A stretch of 64,000 nt of DNA, from contig NW_003314401.1 in NCBI RefSeq assembly GCF_000143415.4, forward strand, positions 62,001 to 126,000. Direction: 5' to 3'. Positions 13,161 to 24,242 of the stretch are shown one piece after another (positions within the stretch are counted from its first letter, which is position 1; each line of letters opens with the position of its first letter). Made by a program: the position numbers and the translations under genes. This DNA comes from Selaginella moellendorffii. Taxonomy: Eukaryota; Plantae; Lycopodiophyta. A model generated the notes under the pieces. It was not told where the DNA came from. It did no database searches and saw only the letters and a list, made by a program, of their open reading frames with translations.

Positions 13161-13336
13161 CTTCTAGTGGTTTCCACGTTTCTCTTCCACGCGCGCGCTT
13201 TTGACCGCGAATGATGGTTGACCTCCCGCCGACTGTTGACCGGTCAAGCCACGCGGGATATTCCTTTACATCCCTTTTTCCGTGTATATGAGAGAGAGGG
13301 CTTTCTTGTGGCCTAATTGGAAAAGGAAGAGACACA

Positions 13337-14248
13337 ATGGCGCTAGCAGGGAGACGAGCAATGCCCCAGATCTCTGGGATAGCTAACAGGTTGTCCGGGA
13401 TGGGCCACTGCCAGAAGAAGAAGACGATCGTGGATCCGCTTCCACTGCCACCGATCTCGCAGGAGGATCACCACCAAGGTTTGATGCCGGAGATTTGCAA
13501 GGCGATGGAGGAGGAGCCGCGGAAGCAGCGAGAGCTCAATTTGGTGTTGCTGGGGAGGCCGGGAGCCGGCAAGGGGACGTTTGGGATCAAGCTCGCGGCG
13601 CTGCTCGACGTTCCTCACATCTCCACTGGCGATTTGATCCGGGAGGAGATGAAGAAGGTGAGCTCCATGTCGCGGCGCATCGCCGAGGTTGTGAGCAAGG
13701 GGAAGCTCCTGGGCGACGAGGAGGTGTTCGAATTGCTCCACTCGCGGCTCCAGGCGGGGGCTGCCAGGGGCGACAAGGGATTCATCCTGGATGGATTCCC
13801 CAGGACGGTGAACCAGGCGATCGTGCTAGACAAGATAGCGGACGTTCACGTAGCTGTGAACTTCGCCCAGGAGCGCGAGGTGTTGATCCAGAAGTGCCTG
13901 GGCCGGAGGGTGTGTGGGGAGTGTGGGCGAGTGTTCAGCATGGCCGATGTTTCAGTGGGCGATCTGAGGATGCCAGCGATTCCTCCGCCGATCCAGTGCC
14001 TGGACAAGATGGTGACGAGGAAGGACGATTCCGAGCAGAGCATCCAGAAGAGGCTCCAGGTTTACGACGAGGAGAGCAAACCAGTGGAGGATTTCTACCG
14101 CAAGCAGGGGAAGCTGGTCAATTTTGATGTTCGCGGGGGCGTGAGCGAGAGCTGGCCCAAGCTGCTCCAGGCCTTGAATCTGGTGGAAGAACAGCAGAGA
14201 TCTAGCGCAAGAACACCGCCACCAGCAATTCCAACGGTTTGGTGTTGA
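13337..14248 (+). CDS. ADK: Adenylate kinase (organellar type), single exon
   Basis: P-loop LLGRPGAGKGT, HISTGDLIR, GFILDGFPRT, LID RRVCGECG, RKDD. Confidence 0.95.
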   Translation: MALAGRRAMPQISGIANRLSGMGHCQKKKTIVDPLPLPPISQEDHHQGLMPEICKAMEEEPRKQRELNLVLLGRPGAGKGTFGIKLAALLDVPHISTGDLIREEMKKVSSMSRRIAEVVSKGKLLGDEEVFELLHSRLQAGAARGDKGFILDGFPRTVNQAIVLDKIADVHVAVNFAQEREVLIQKCLGRRVCGECGRVFSMADVSVGDLRMPAIPPPIQCLDKMVTRKDDSEQSIQKRLQVYDEESKPVEDFYRKQGKLVNFDVRGGVSESWPKLLQALNLVEEQQRSSARTPPPAIPTVWC

Positions 14249-14471
14249 CGGGAAATCGTCGCGTTCCCTTCTATTCTTCCAAGTCTTGGCTGCTAACCCG
14301 ACACGCGAGTATTCTTTTTAACAACGATTTTCCATTGTAACGTTACTTGACGACGAGGAAAGAATTTTGCAAGTAGTGCACAACACGGATTTGATTGAGT
14401 AATTGAAACTTTCCACGTTCTTTAACATGTGCAATGTCATAGCGTTGCGACAAGGGCACGTTCCGTGTCAT

Positions 14472-14590
14472 AAAAAGGTGGTAAAAAGGTGGTAGGGCTT
14501 GGGCAAAAAGGTGGTAGGGTAAAGGTAGGTACGCATGAAAAAAAGGTGGCAGGGTAAAGGTAGGTACGCATGAAAAAAAGGTGGTAGGGT
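14472..14590. repeat. G-rich compound tandem repeat (AAAAAGGTGGYA x5; about 35-bp unit x2)
   Basis: Direct inspection; lies between the convergent 3' ends of ADK and maspardin. Confidence 0.75.
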
Positions 14591-14684
14591 TACTAAAACC
14601 AACTTGTGATTGGTAGAAAAAAAAAGATGGTTGTAAATTACAAGAACAAAGAAAACGATCAAACTTTCAAGCTCGGACAAGTAG

Positions 14685-16274
14685 CTAGTGGCGAACAAAA
14701 CCAAAATTCTTGTACAGCGGCTAACAAACACAGCAAAGAAAAGAGGTGAGAGACTTGCAAGTCGACCTGGAGGTGATTTGCGAGACCCAGTCGCTTGAAC
14801 GAGTCCATGGCGCTTGGAGAGAAGCTCCGGTCGGTGGCTGCTGGACTGCTCGAAGATGGCTCGTCTCTCGCGGCAGAGCTTCTGTCTCCGTCGGGGCTTC
14901 GGCCTTGGTATTGATCGTCGCCGGCGGAGTCCCCGCTTCCACCACTCCCAGGGGATGGGATTGGACGAGCGTCGGGAACGCCTTCCACTCCAACTCTCAT
15001 CAGATGGAGCTGCGAGGCAAAGTTACGAGGATCAGGGGAAAAGACGAGATCGCTGCTACCTGTACGTGAAGTGAAACTTCGGCTGCTCGAGAGAGGAAGG
15101 GGAAATCTCCACCGGACTTTAGCATGGCTTTTCGGGCGGTGGGATATCTGGCAGCCACTTGGTCCTTGAGAGACTGCGGGATGGCACAGTAGTCATTCGT
15201 CTGTAAAGAGCTACGAGTTACGCTTTAGTAAATGTCTTGAAAAGCGGGAATGCTTACGTCCATGATGGTGATGCACGAGTCCGGGAGTGTGATCTGGCCT
15301 ACTGCAGCAGGAGACGTGTTGAGCGTCAAGCGTGATGCGAGATCTTCGCGGGAGAGGGTCTCGAACTGTCGGGAATCGAAACGTAGGATATGAAGTTCCT
15401 CAAAATGAGGCAAATACCTGGGAGACCACGAAATCTATTGAATCGGCAATGAGAGGTTCTTGCGGCCCCTCATGAATTCCTGACAGGATGTATCGCTTTA
15501 GCATGAACTCGGGCGTCCAACTTATCCTGTAAGAAGCGAAGTCTTTGATCAAAACCAGCAGAAAGTTCTTCCTCACAATGGTTTCCAAGAAGTTCCTGAA
15601 GCAAAAGTGTGTGTTTCCAAGAACGTATTTGAGAGAAGTAGCGATTTTACTCTCCTCGGACGCTGCTGAGCAAATAGCTGCGACAAATACCCACCGAGAG
15701 AAGTACCATACAAGTGAACCTTAACAAAAACCAAAGAGAGAAACATCAGAAAAACTCGAAAGCACACCTCGTATCATACTTACATGGTGTGCACCAATTT
15801 GATCCAAAAACTTCTCGAACGAAGCGATCCATTCCTGGTGACTCCACACGGGAGGAGCATCAGCAGCAATTACGTGATAGCCCTGAAAGAAGAATCGAAA
15901 AATACGTTGACAACATTCTTACAACAAAATGCATGAACAGAAGGAAGAAGAACGAAGGAAGAGCAATACCTTGGCGGAGAGGGAGAGAATAATCTTGTAG
16001 AAGACCTCGGCAGTGGAGGAAGTCCCTCCCAGGCACACCAAAGGCGGCAAGAGCTTTGGCCCCGACTGGTAGTACCGCCAGTGCTTGTTTCCCACCTGTG
16101 AGAGGAGATTTCGATCGAGAATCAACCCTGGATGAATAGGGATGGAGTGATCGATCGATTGCGTACCCAGATATGTCGCAGAGGGACGTGAGCCTTGAAA
16201 TGGAGGAAATCGCCAGGAGCTGCTGTTGTGACATCAGTGCCGGCGAGAAGATCGTGGCGCAGCATGCCCTGCAT
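14685..16274 (-). CDS. SPG21: Maspardin-like alpha/beta-hydrolase, multi-exon; last exon uncertain
   Basis: APGDFLHFKAHVP, WRYYQSGPK..PLVCLGG, HLYGTSLGG, LASRLTLN, GGDFPFLSR. Confidence 0.9.
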
Positions 16275-16372
16275 TCCAGACGCTCCACCTCCCAGCTCCG
16301 CCACGCATCAAAACCAAAACCTAGGCCCAGAGCGATGCGTCGCATATTCTCTGCTCGTTTTTTTTAATCACC

Positions 16373-18247
16373 ATGGTGGGCGAGAAGGATCGACTCGCCC
16401 AGGCAGTGAGGAGCTGCATCGATGCCCGGGATCTCTTGCGCGGGAGAGAAGCCCACGCCGCTATCATCCACAGCCGCCACAGCTCCAACACCTTCCTCGC
16501 CAATCTCCTCGTCCTCATGTATGGACGCTGCAATCGCCCAGCGGAGGCATTCCAAGTTTTCGAGTCCACTCAGCAACGCAATTCTTATTCCTGGAACATC
16601 TTGCTCCAGTCATTCTCAGAGAACCGAGACCTGGTTTCCGCCACTGCCACATTCTTTAGAATGCCACACCACGACACAGTCGTGTGGAACGCTTTGCTCT
16701 CAGCAAATGCCCAAGCAAGGCATCTTGAGGAAGCCGAAAAACTCTTCAACGTTTTGCTTGAGAAAGGCCAAAGGTCCATATCAGATCATATCACTAGCTC
16801 TAAATCCAGTGCCCTAACAACTTATGGCAATTATTCGTATGACAGTCTAGATTGTTACAATGAGCGTTCTTGGAACACTATGATCTCAGCATATGCCCAG
16901 TCTGGCCATTTTGATCGTGCTAAAAGCTTGTTCGATGAGATGCCACGCGGACGTGGCTTAGTGACGTGGAATATCATACTCTTTGGCTACGCACGAGAGG
17001 GACAGCTGGCTGGTGCCCGCGCCACGTTCCACAAGATGCCTCTCGTGAGCATAGTGACGTGGACGAGCCTCATGTCGGGACTGGCCGCCAACGGTCAGCT
17101 GGACGAGGCCAAGCAGGAGTTTGACTCCATGCCAGAGAGAAACGTAGTGACGTGGACGGCTCTCTTTCAAGCGCTTGCTGACGCGGCTAGCCACCTCAGC
17201 ACAGCCAGGCTTGTCTTTGCAAAAATGCCGCAGCAACACACGGTGACGTGGAATGCCCTCTTCCACGCCCTTGTCCGCGATGGCAGCCTCGCCGACGGCA
17301 AGGAGGCGTTTGATGCGATGCCCGAGAGGGACGTGATTGCTAAGACCCTGATGATCGCGGCCTACTCGCAAGCCGGGATGATCCAGCAAGCAAAGCTGGT
17401 CTTCGATTCCATCCAGCGCGACGAGCACGACATGCTCTCGCAAACCGAGATGATCAAATGCTACGTCCAGCACGGGCTTCTCGAGGAGGCTCAAAACATC
17501 ATGGATTCGATGCAGCATTTGGACGTTGTGATCCAGACTTTGATGATCGCTGCATATGCCGAGAGAGGGCATTTTCTGGAATCGAGAAAACTCGTCGACT
17601 CGATGGAGTTCAGGGACATTCTAGCTTGGAACATCATGGTCACTGGATACGCTCGCCACGAGAAGCTTGTCGAGGCCAGAGATCTCTTCCAGAAAATGCC
17701 AGCCACAGATCTTATAGCCTGGAACGCCATGATCGCAGTGAATGCCCAAAAGGGGCATCTGGACGAAGCGCGTTGGATCTTCAACATAATGCCTGCTCGC
17801 GACACCATCTCCTGGAACGCAATGCTCACTGGCTACAGCGTCGACAGGGAGAGGGCGATGGGCTTCTTCCAGATCATGAGCCACGAAGGCTGGGAGATCG
17901 ACGAGGTCGCAGCCACGATCGTCCTGGCAGCGCGCAGCCACTTGGGAATGGTGGAGGAGAGCCGGACCTTCTTCCTGTCCATGGCGAGCGACTATGGAAT
18001 CGAGGCGACGAGGGAGCAGTACCGATGCATGGTGGACGCTCTCGGTCGATCGGGCCGGCTTGACGACGCACAGGAGCTCGTAGAAACGATGCCTTTTCTT
18101 CCCGAGGCCGTCTCGTGGAAGACGATGCTCAGCGCTTGCAAGCTCCACCGCGAGGCCGAGCTCGCAGCTCGAGCAGCCGAGAAGGTATCGGAGCTAGAGC
18201 CGGGGAATTCAGCACCTTACATGATGCTCGCCAGCATCGTCTCGTAG
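16373..18247 (+). CDS. PLS-class PPR protein with E domain, no DYW, single exon
   Basis: Repeated MPER/xxWNxM motifs; YRCMVDALGRSGRL, MPFLPEAVSWKTMLSAC, LEPGNSAPY. Confidence 0.93.
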   Translation: MVGEKDRLAQAVRSCIDARDLLRGREAHAAIIHSRHSSNTFLANLLVLMYGRCNRPAEAFQVFESTQQRNSYSWNILLQSFSENRDLVSATATFFRMPHHDTVVWNALLSANAQARHLEEAEKLFNVLLEKGQRSISDHITSSKSSALTTYGNYSYDSLDCYNERSWNTMISAYAQSGHFDRAKSLFDEMPRGRGLVTWNIILFGYAREGQLAGARATFHKMPLVSIVTWTSLMSGLAANGQLDEAKQEFDSMPERNVVTWTALFQALADAASHLSTARLVFAKMPQQHTVTWNALFHALVRDGSLADGKEAFDAMPERDVIAKTLMIAAYSQAGMIQQAKLVFDSIQRDEHDMLSQTEMIKCYVQHGLLEEAQNIMDSMQHLDVVIQTLMIAAYAERGHFLESRKLVDSMEFRDILAWNIMVTGYARHEKLVEARDLFQKMPATDLIAWNAMIAVNAQKGHLDEARWIFNIMPARDTISWNAMLTGYSVDRERAMGFFQIMSHEGWEIDEVAATIVLAARSHLGMVEESRTFFLSMASDYGIEATREQYRCMVDALGRSGRLDDAQELVETMPFLPEAVSWKTMLSACKLHREAELAARAAEKVSELEPGNSAPYMMLASIVS

Positions 18248-18321
18248 CAACTTTCTTTCCCTTGCAAAGAATCAAAACTTACAGATGGATTGGAGAGCTT
18301 CCCGAAAGAATGGATGATGGA

Positions 18322-19920
18322 TCAAGGCGCCGTGTTGATCTTGTGCGTGACGATGATGTGGAGCAAGAACTCGTTCCACGTATCGACGGGTCCAGGCATG
18401 CACCAGTGGAGACAGTCCTGCGCCGCCACCTTGCCGCTGGGATCTTTGCTTCGAAACGATCCCGGGTGCCCGTCTGCCCGGTACTCAAACACCCGAGTCA
18501 CGTCCATGAGCACCAGCCTGGCTCCTCCTCCGCTCGCGTTCCTCTTCGCCTCCGCGAACGCCTCGAGTTGGATCCGCCTCATCTCGCTCGTGAAGACGCT
18601 GCTGCCAATCCGTTTCACCTCGTTGTCCGTGAGAGGCTTCGTGATCCCCGTGCACGACCCCCCCGTGTTCCACGACCCCCCGATGTAGTGATCCGGCGAG
18701 AACGTCCGAAAAACCGTGAGTCCCTTGTAGCTCCGGCTGGCGGCGATGGCGGTGAGGGCCGTGGTCATGGACGCTGCGAAGGCTTCGCTGGTGGTCATGG
18801 TGGCGTTCGGCCTGTGCCACCCCTGAGTTCCCACCACCTGGCCACCCCGCATGAACGCCGACTTCTTCACGAACCAGTGGCCGGACGAGATGACGAGCAC
18901 GTCCGCGCTGGGAAGGAAGTCCATGAAGTTGGCGTCGGGTTGATCGATGTGAACTCTCGTTGCGTTCTTCACCGAGGCGTCGCCGGGCGTGGATTTCACC
19001 AGCCATGACGACCAGATCCGGACGATGGTCACCTTGCTCGAGCGGAAAAACCAGCGTTGCATCCTCTTATTGCCTTTGTTCACGGGGTTCTCCACCTGGT
19101 GTGGTGATCGAAGCTCACAGTTAGTCTGCGATCGAGAGAAAGAGAGAAAAAAAAAAGAAAAAACCATCTAGCATCTACTACTTCGATCAGGAAAAAGAGT
19201 AGCTACATTGATCGCGATCGAGACTGGCTATCTAGGAGAGCAAGCAAATGAGAACTAGCTAGATCAATCCAGGAAAGCGAGAAGCAAGAAGAGCTAGAAC
19301 GATCCTCTTACCTGCATTAGGATACACATGAGCGATTCCATCTGGTTCCTGGCCACGGAATCGCCCACGAATCCCAGGACCTTGCCTCGCATGATGCGCA
19401 AGAACTCGGTGGCGTTGAAGCGCGCAAGGTCGCAGCCATCGGGTACCCATCTCCAAGACTCGTAATCTCTGTCCGGCCTTCCATTCCCTTGACAGTTCTG
19501 TGCCTGCGAAAGAATGGGGCACGCATCGTTGCGGTACAGGGGACCGCGCGGATCCGGCGTCCACTTGCCTGTGTAGAGATCGCACACTCGCGCCTCGCGA
19601 TCGATGGAATCCCCTCCTCCTCCTCCTCTTCCTCCTCCTCCTCCTCGAGCTGGCACCGAAATATTTTGAGCAAGATTTGGCACCGATCGGCTACCTGGAT
19701 CGCTCGGCGGCGCGGCGGTGGAGAGATTCCCAGGCGATTGAGCGATCGGCGCGTAGGGATGGATGAGGAGGAGCTCCAGCGGCGGTGAGAATCCCAGTCC
19801 CAGGTTTGGGATCGTGAGAGCTGCCAAGAAGACGAGCGCGGCGGCGAGGAGGACGCAGATTGACGATGGCAGGAGGCCGGAGAAAGGGAGGAGGAGAAAC
19901 CTTTTGGCGGAATCCTTCAT
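18322..19920 (-). CDS. Trichome birefringence-like (TBL) polysaccharide O-acetyltransferase, 2 exons (intron about 19097-19311)
   Basis: N-terminal TM; CDLYTGKW..., NCQGNGRPD, FVGDSVARNQ (GDS), DCLHWCMPGPVDTWN (DxxH). Confidence 0.94.
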
Positions 19921-20016
19921 CGCTCACGCAGTAGCTCTTCCCATTTTGGCTGGAGCAATGAAATAGAGCCAAGAACAAAGCCCCCCCGTTAAACGGGAAA
20001 TTTCGAAAGCGCTACC

Positions 20017-20024
20017 TAGGGTTT
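20017..20024. promoter_or_regulatory. Telo-box in the 114-bp divergent gap between the TBL and Ubl-SAYSvFN genes
   Basis: TAGGGTTT exact match. Confidence 0.45.
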
Positions 20025-20034
20025 CTCGCCGGGG

Positions 20035-21071
20035 ATGGTGCCGCTGGAGCTCAAGGTCGCTGGATTCGTGCGGCGGCGCCGGGTGATCCAGGTGGAGCCG
20101 CTATGCGAGGTGAGTGGCCGATCGATTGATCCAATCGATCTGATTGATGAGCGGGATTTCTACTAGATCGGTGTGTTGCGGAGATTGGTGAGCCAGGAGC
20201 TTGGCCTAGTGGAGGATTCTCAAGTGAATCGACTGAAGCTCGTGTTTAGAGGCAAGGCTCTCGGTGCTGCTGATGATTACTCCACTGTCGACATTCGAGC
20301 TGGAGGTGAGACTATGGAGAATTTTTAACTCTTGTTCTTCTTTCTTGAGTGGAATTCATCGGTTTTTTTTTCTTCTTCTTCTTCCTTTTAGACTCGTTGC
20401 TGGTGCTTCTTCCACCCAAGGCGCCTTCGGTGCACTCGCAGAGCAAAAACGAAGACGAGGATGATGACTTGGTACGAGAGCTTTTCTTGTTTTTTTTTTC
20501 TTTGAGCAATCTTCTTGTTGGTTTTAAGTGTGTTTTGTGTGTGTCCAGAGATTCAAGCTTCCCGCGACCGCATCCCCGCTCCAGAGAAGACTCGTACAGT
20601 TCTTGAAGCACAACCTCAAGTTTCCAGGTAGCTTGTCCTTTTTTATCATACATCAAGCGTGAGCATGGACACTGGTGTGATTGTTTTTCTGAGCAGACTT
20701 CGTGCTGATGATCATCTTCTCTTTTGGTTTCAGAAGATGGATGATGGTCCTGCTCTGGCTCATCGTCGCTGGCTACGCCATTTCGTGGGACTTGGGCCAT
20801 CTCTACGTAAGAAACAGTGCTGTTTTGTGTGTTCTTTACTACTAACACCACTGTCGCAGATAATCGCAACGATCTTTTGTCTCATCGTTTGGAATCTGGG
20901 AAAGCGGCAAGAGGGCGAAATCAGGTACGAAGACTTCTTCCATTCCATTCCAGATCACAAGGATACGTGCCGTGCAGTGCCTACTCAATCTTCAACGATG
21001 ATTTTCACGAGATTCCGGGAACTTTCAATGCCGAGAGACTTGACCGCCATCTCAGAGCCGGGATGTATTGA
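20035..21071 (+). CDS. Ubiquitin-like domain + SAYSvFN domain membrane protein (SAYSD1-like), 6 exons
   Basis: Spliced: MVPLELKVAG...RLKLVFRGKAL (Ubl)...hydrophobic segment...NLGKRQEGEISAYSIFNDDFHEIPGTFNAERLDRHLRAGMY. Confidence 0.88.
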
Positions 21072-21361
21072 AACAGCTCCAAGATCTTCCTTTCCAGACA
21101 TAGCGCACTGAAAAATTCTAAGTTCCTTCTTTCCATTTGTTTCAGCTGAATGGAGCTTCCATGGTTTTTCTTCTTCTTCTCTCTCTTTCTATCTCTCTTT
21201 TCTCTCGTCCCTCTCTTTGATTCCTATGCTCCACTAAAAAGCTGTACATAATAGAGTGAGTCTATACAAATTTCCCAACCGGGCTTGCCTGTCCCGCCAA
21301 AAAGACAATCCCTTGAAAACTCTGTATGTTGTCGCTCCTTGATCGCTCGTCGCTGGGCAGC

Positions 21362-23910
21362 TTACTCGCGACAAAGTTGCAAAGCCACCGGTGGCGATGA
21401 GCTCTCAACTCCGTATCTTGCCAGGAGCTGGATAAGTTTGTCTCTAGACAAAGGCTGCCACGGCAAAAGTAAGAGCATCAGCACTCCTGTCTGTCCACGA
21501 GCATTTACGTTTCCTTCCATACCTTTGTTTGAAACTCATTCACCCCGGCTTCGAAAAAGAGCTCCTTGTCCGACTGCAAAGCATTGCCAGTTAAGGCCAC
21601 GATTGGAGTCTTCACACCCATCATCCTCAGAGCTCTAGTTGCCTGCCAGGAACTTACGTTAACATACTTTGGAGAGAAAGGAAAACTCAGTTCTAAGAGC
21701 TCTTACCTCGTGTCCGTCCATGACGGGCATTTCCTTGTCCATCAACACCAGATCGTAGGACTTGCCCTGCCTGTGCAGGTCGACAGCAATCTGGCCGTTC
21801 TCTGCCTCGTCGCATTGGAGATTGAGGTTCTGAAGAACCTTCCGCAAGATAATCTGTAGATGATGGTAAGTAAAATGCGCACGGATATAGCCAAAGACGA
21901 GACTTACTCTGTTTATCCGCGTGTCTTCCACTAGCAGCACCTTTCTCCTGCACTGAGAGGCGTCTTGTTGCAGCACAGCACCCGGCGAACACTTGAGTTG
22001 GGCGTCAAGGTCACTGAGGCGTTCCAACTTTCGCTTCTCTTTGCTTACGGAGTCTGTAGACCTCATGTTATAGAAGATCCCAGAGGCCGGGACTGACGAG
22101 TTCGTGCGCTTTTGTATCGGAACCAGCTGAAATGGAGCGGAGAAGAAGAACGTACTTCCTTGGTCCCGCGAGCGTACCCCGATCTGACCACCAATCTGTT
22201 CGATGAAGCGTTTCGCAACACTCAAGCCCAGGCCGGAAACACCAGCTTTCTGGACCCAAGGAGACGATATGAAAGAGTCTGCTTCGAAGAGTCTGTCTTG
22301 GTCATCTAAGGAAATTCCTGTCCGAGCACCAGACTTTCAAGTCAGAACAAAACAAACCATCGCGATCGTGAAGAAAGAAACGTTACCTGCGCCAGAGTCA
22401 TTGACGGCAATAAAGAGCTCCAGGGACTTGTGCTCTAACTCGTCGGTCTCAAAGCCTTTGGAGTTTGAGACCGGGACCCCGTCGAGCTCTTGACACTTGA
22501 TCTCCAGGTCGAGCTTTCCCCCGGTAGGCGTGAACTTGACGGCATTACTGAGAAAATTGCCTGCTTGCGCAGAGCGTGAGTGAGAGTCAGACGTGGAAGA
22601 GTTTGATTACCTAGCGTCTGTACAGTCCGGTGCTTGTCACCGACAATGTTGTGGGACTTCAAAATCTTGCTGGCGACCGGATCGATATCAATGTTGAGAG
22701 ATATTTGTTTCTGCTCGAGCAAATCTTTCAAACCCCACGCCAGGAACTTCACCACCGCCAGTAAGTCGAACACATCTCGGTGAAGCTCAATGCGCCCCTC
22801 CTCCCAGTTTCCTGTGGATGACCGATCATTCGTTAGTTATGTCGAGAACAATCATAAGTAAAAGTCGAGACTCGAGTCGAGACATGGACACCTTACCCAT
22901 ATCAGTAACATCATCAAGCACGTTTGTCATTGTCTCGGCGCAGTCTAGCATTAGTTGCACCAAGTCTAGCTCCCCGGAACTGGAGTCATCCCCGGACGCT
23001 GAAGCACGCATGTGACCCAATCCCAGGACGATCGCATTGAAAGGGACTGCACGGAGAAGCCAAAGGTACGTCAGAAAATCACGAAATAGTTCTCGCACCA
23101 TCTATACGGAAGAGCGAAAGAAAAAGAAACTTCTAGCCTAGCAACGAACTCACCTCTTATGTTATGGAACACATAAGCCATGAATTGTTGCTTGGCACGA
23201 TGAGCTCGCTGGGCCAGCTGCTGCTCCTCCTCCTCTTGCTTGTCCTGGCTCACTACTCTACACCCGGAACACTGCCCTTGCACGCAAATCTCCCTGGAAC
23301 TCGGCGGATCGCAGCGAACAAATCTCGTCCAAATCGCCAGTGACACCATCGCTGCCGGGACGGCCCAAACCAGTACCGCGGCCGGCGTCAAGTACCACAC
23401 GAGCAAGATGGCCGACGATAAAAGCAGTGCCAAAGTCACGACTAGCTTGTCCAGCCCTGTCCCTGTCCCCGACCCTGGCAGCGCCGTGTGAGACGATCCC
23501 AATTTCTCCGAGTGCGTGGACTCGATGAGGAGCTCCTCGAGGCGAGATCTCTTGTGTGACGTCTTGAATCTGTGCTTGAGCTGCTGCGCGCTGGACGCGA
23601 GCAATGCATGAGGCGACGAGGAGCTGCTCGTCGTGCTAGTGGTGGACGCGACCAGGAATTCATCCTTTTGGTTGCTACCGCTAAATGCCCTGGATACCTC
23701 CTTGAAGAGCTTCCCTGTCTCCACGGCCGGACTCGGCGATCCCTCCTGCATTACACCCGCCCCGGCCAGATTATGGATCGCTCCTCCTCCTCCCTGCTCC
23801 AATTCCAATCCTAGACGATTGCTGCTCCGATAATCCACCAGGCTCGACAGAACATCATCGGCGATGGAGAGGAGAGCTCCAATGCTCCGCGCGAGCATTG
23901 CGTCACGCAT
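21362..23910 (-). CDS. Hybrid sensor histidine kinase (TM segment, HisKA, HATPase_c, receiver), multi-exon
   Basis: H-box FMAYVFHNIR/VPFNAI; N-box NFLSNAVKFT; G1 VNDSGAGIS; G2 SGLGLS; receiver LLVED, DLVLMDKEMPVMDG, VALTG, TKP. Confidence 0.9.
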
Positions 23911-24232
23911 CACAGGCAGCTTCTTCCGCTTCGATCCCGCCCTTGCTGCCGCTTCCCATGCCAGAAAATCTCCGCGATTTCGCCCAAATCCACATACCTC
24001 TTTCCGTGCCGCCGATCGAGCCGCGCCGCGACTGCCGCGAGCGCCGCGCGATTGACGACCTGGCGGATGGATGGATCGATCGATGGAATCCTTGACGCCG
24101 TGGATGAGGAGCTGTCGACGCGACGCGAGGGAGAAGAGAAGAAAGAATGAACAAACAAACGAATGAATGCCAAAGCAAAGCCATCACACTGACTGATTAG
24201 ACTGACGTATTCTGTCCGGTAAACGCTCCTCT

Positions 24233-24242
24233 GACACGTGTC
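24233..24242. promoter_or_regulatory. Palindromic G-box/ABRE GACACGTGTC upstream of the histidine kinase
   Basis: Perfect 10-bp palindrome with ACGTGTC on both strands; neighbouring TGACG motifs. Confidence 0.4.

Noticed and set aside
7738-21071. Apparent proteostasis cluster (PUX7, ERD2-like, rhomboid, SAYSD1-like)
   Set aside because: Unrelated genes are interspersed and the proteins act in different compartments; chance adjacency in a compact genome is sufficient
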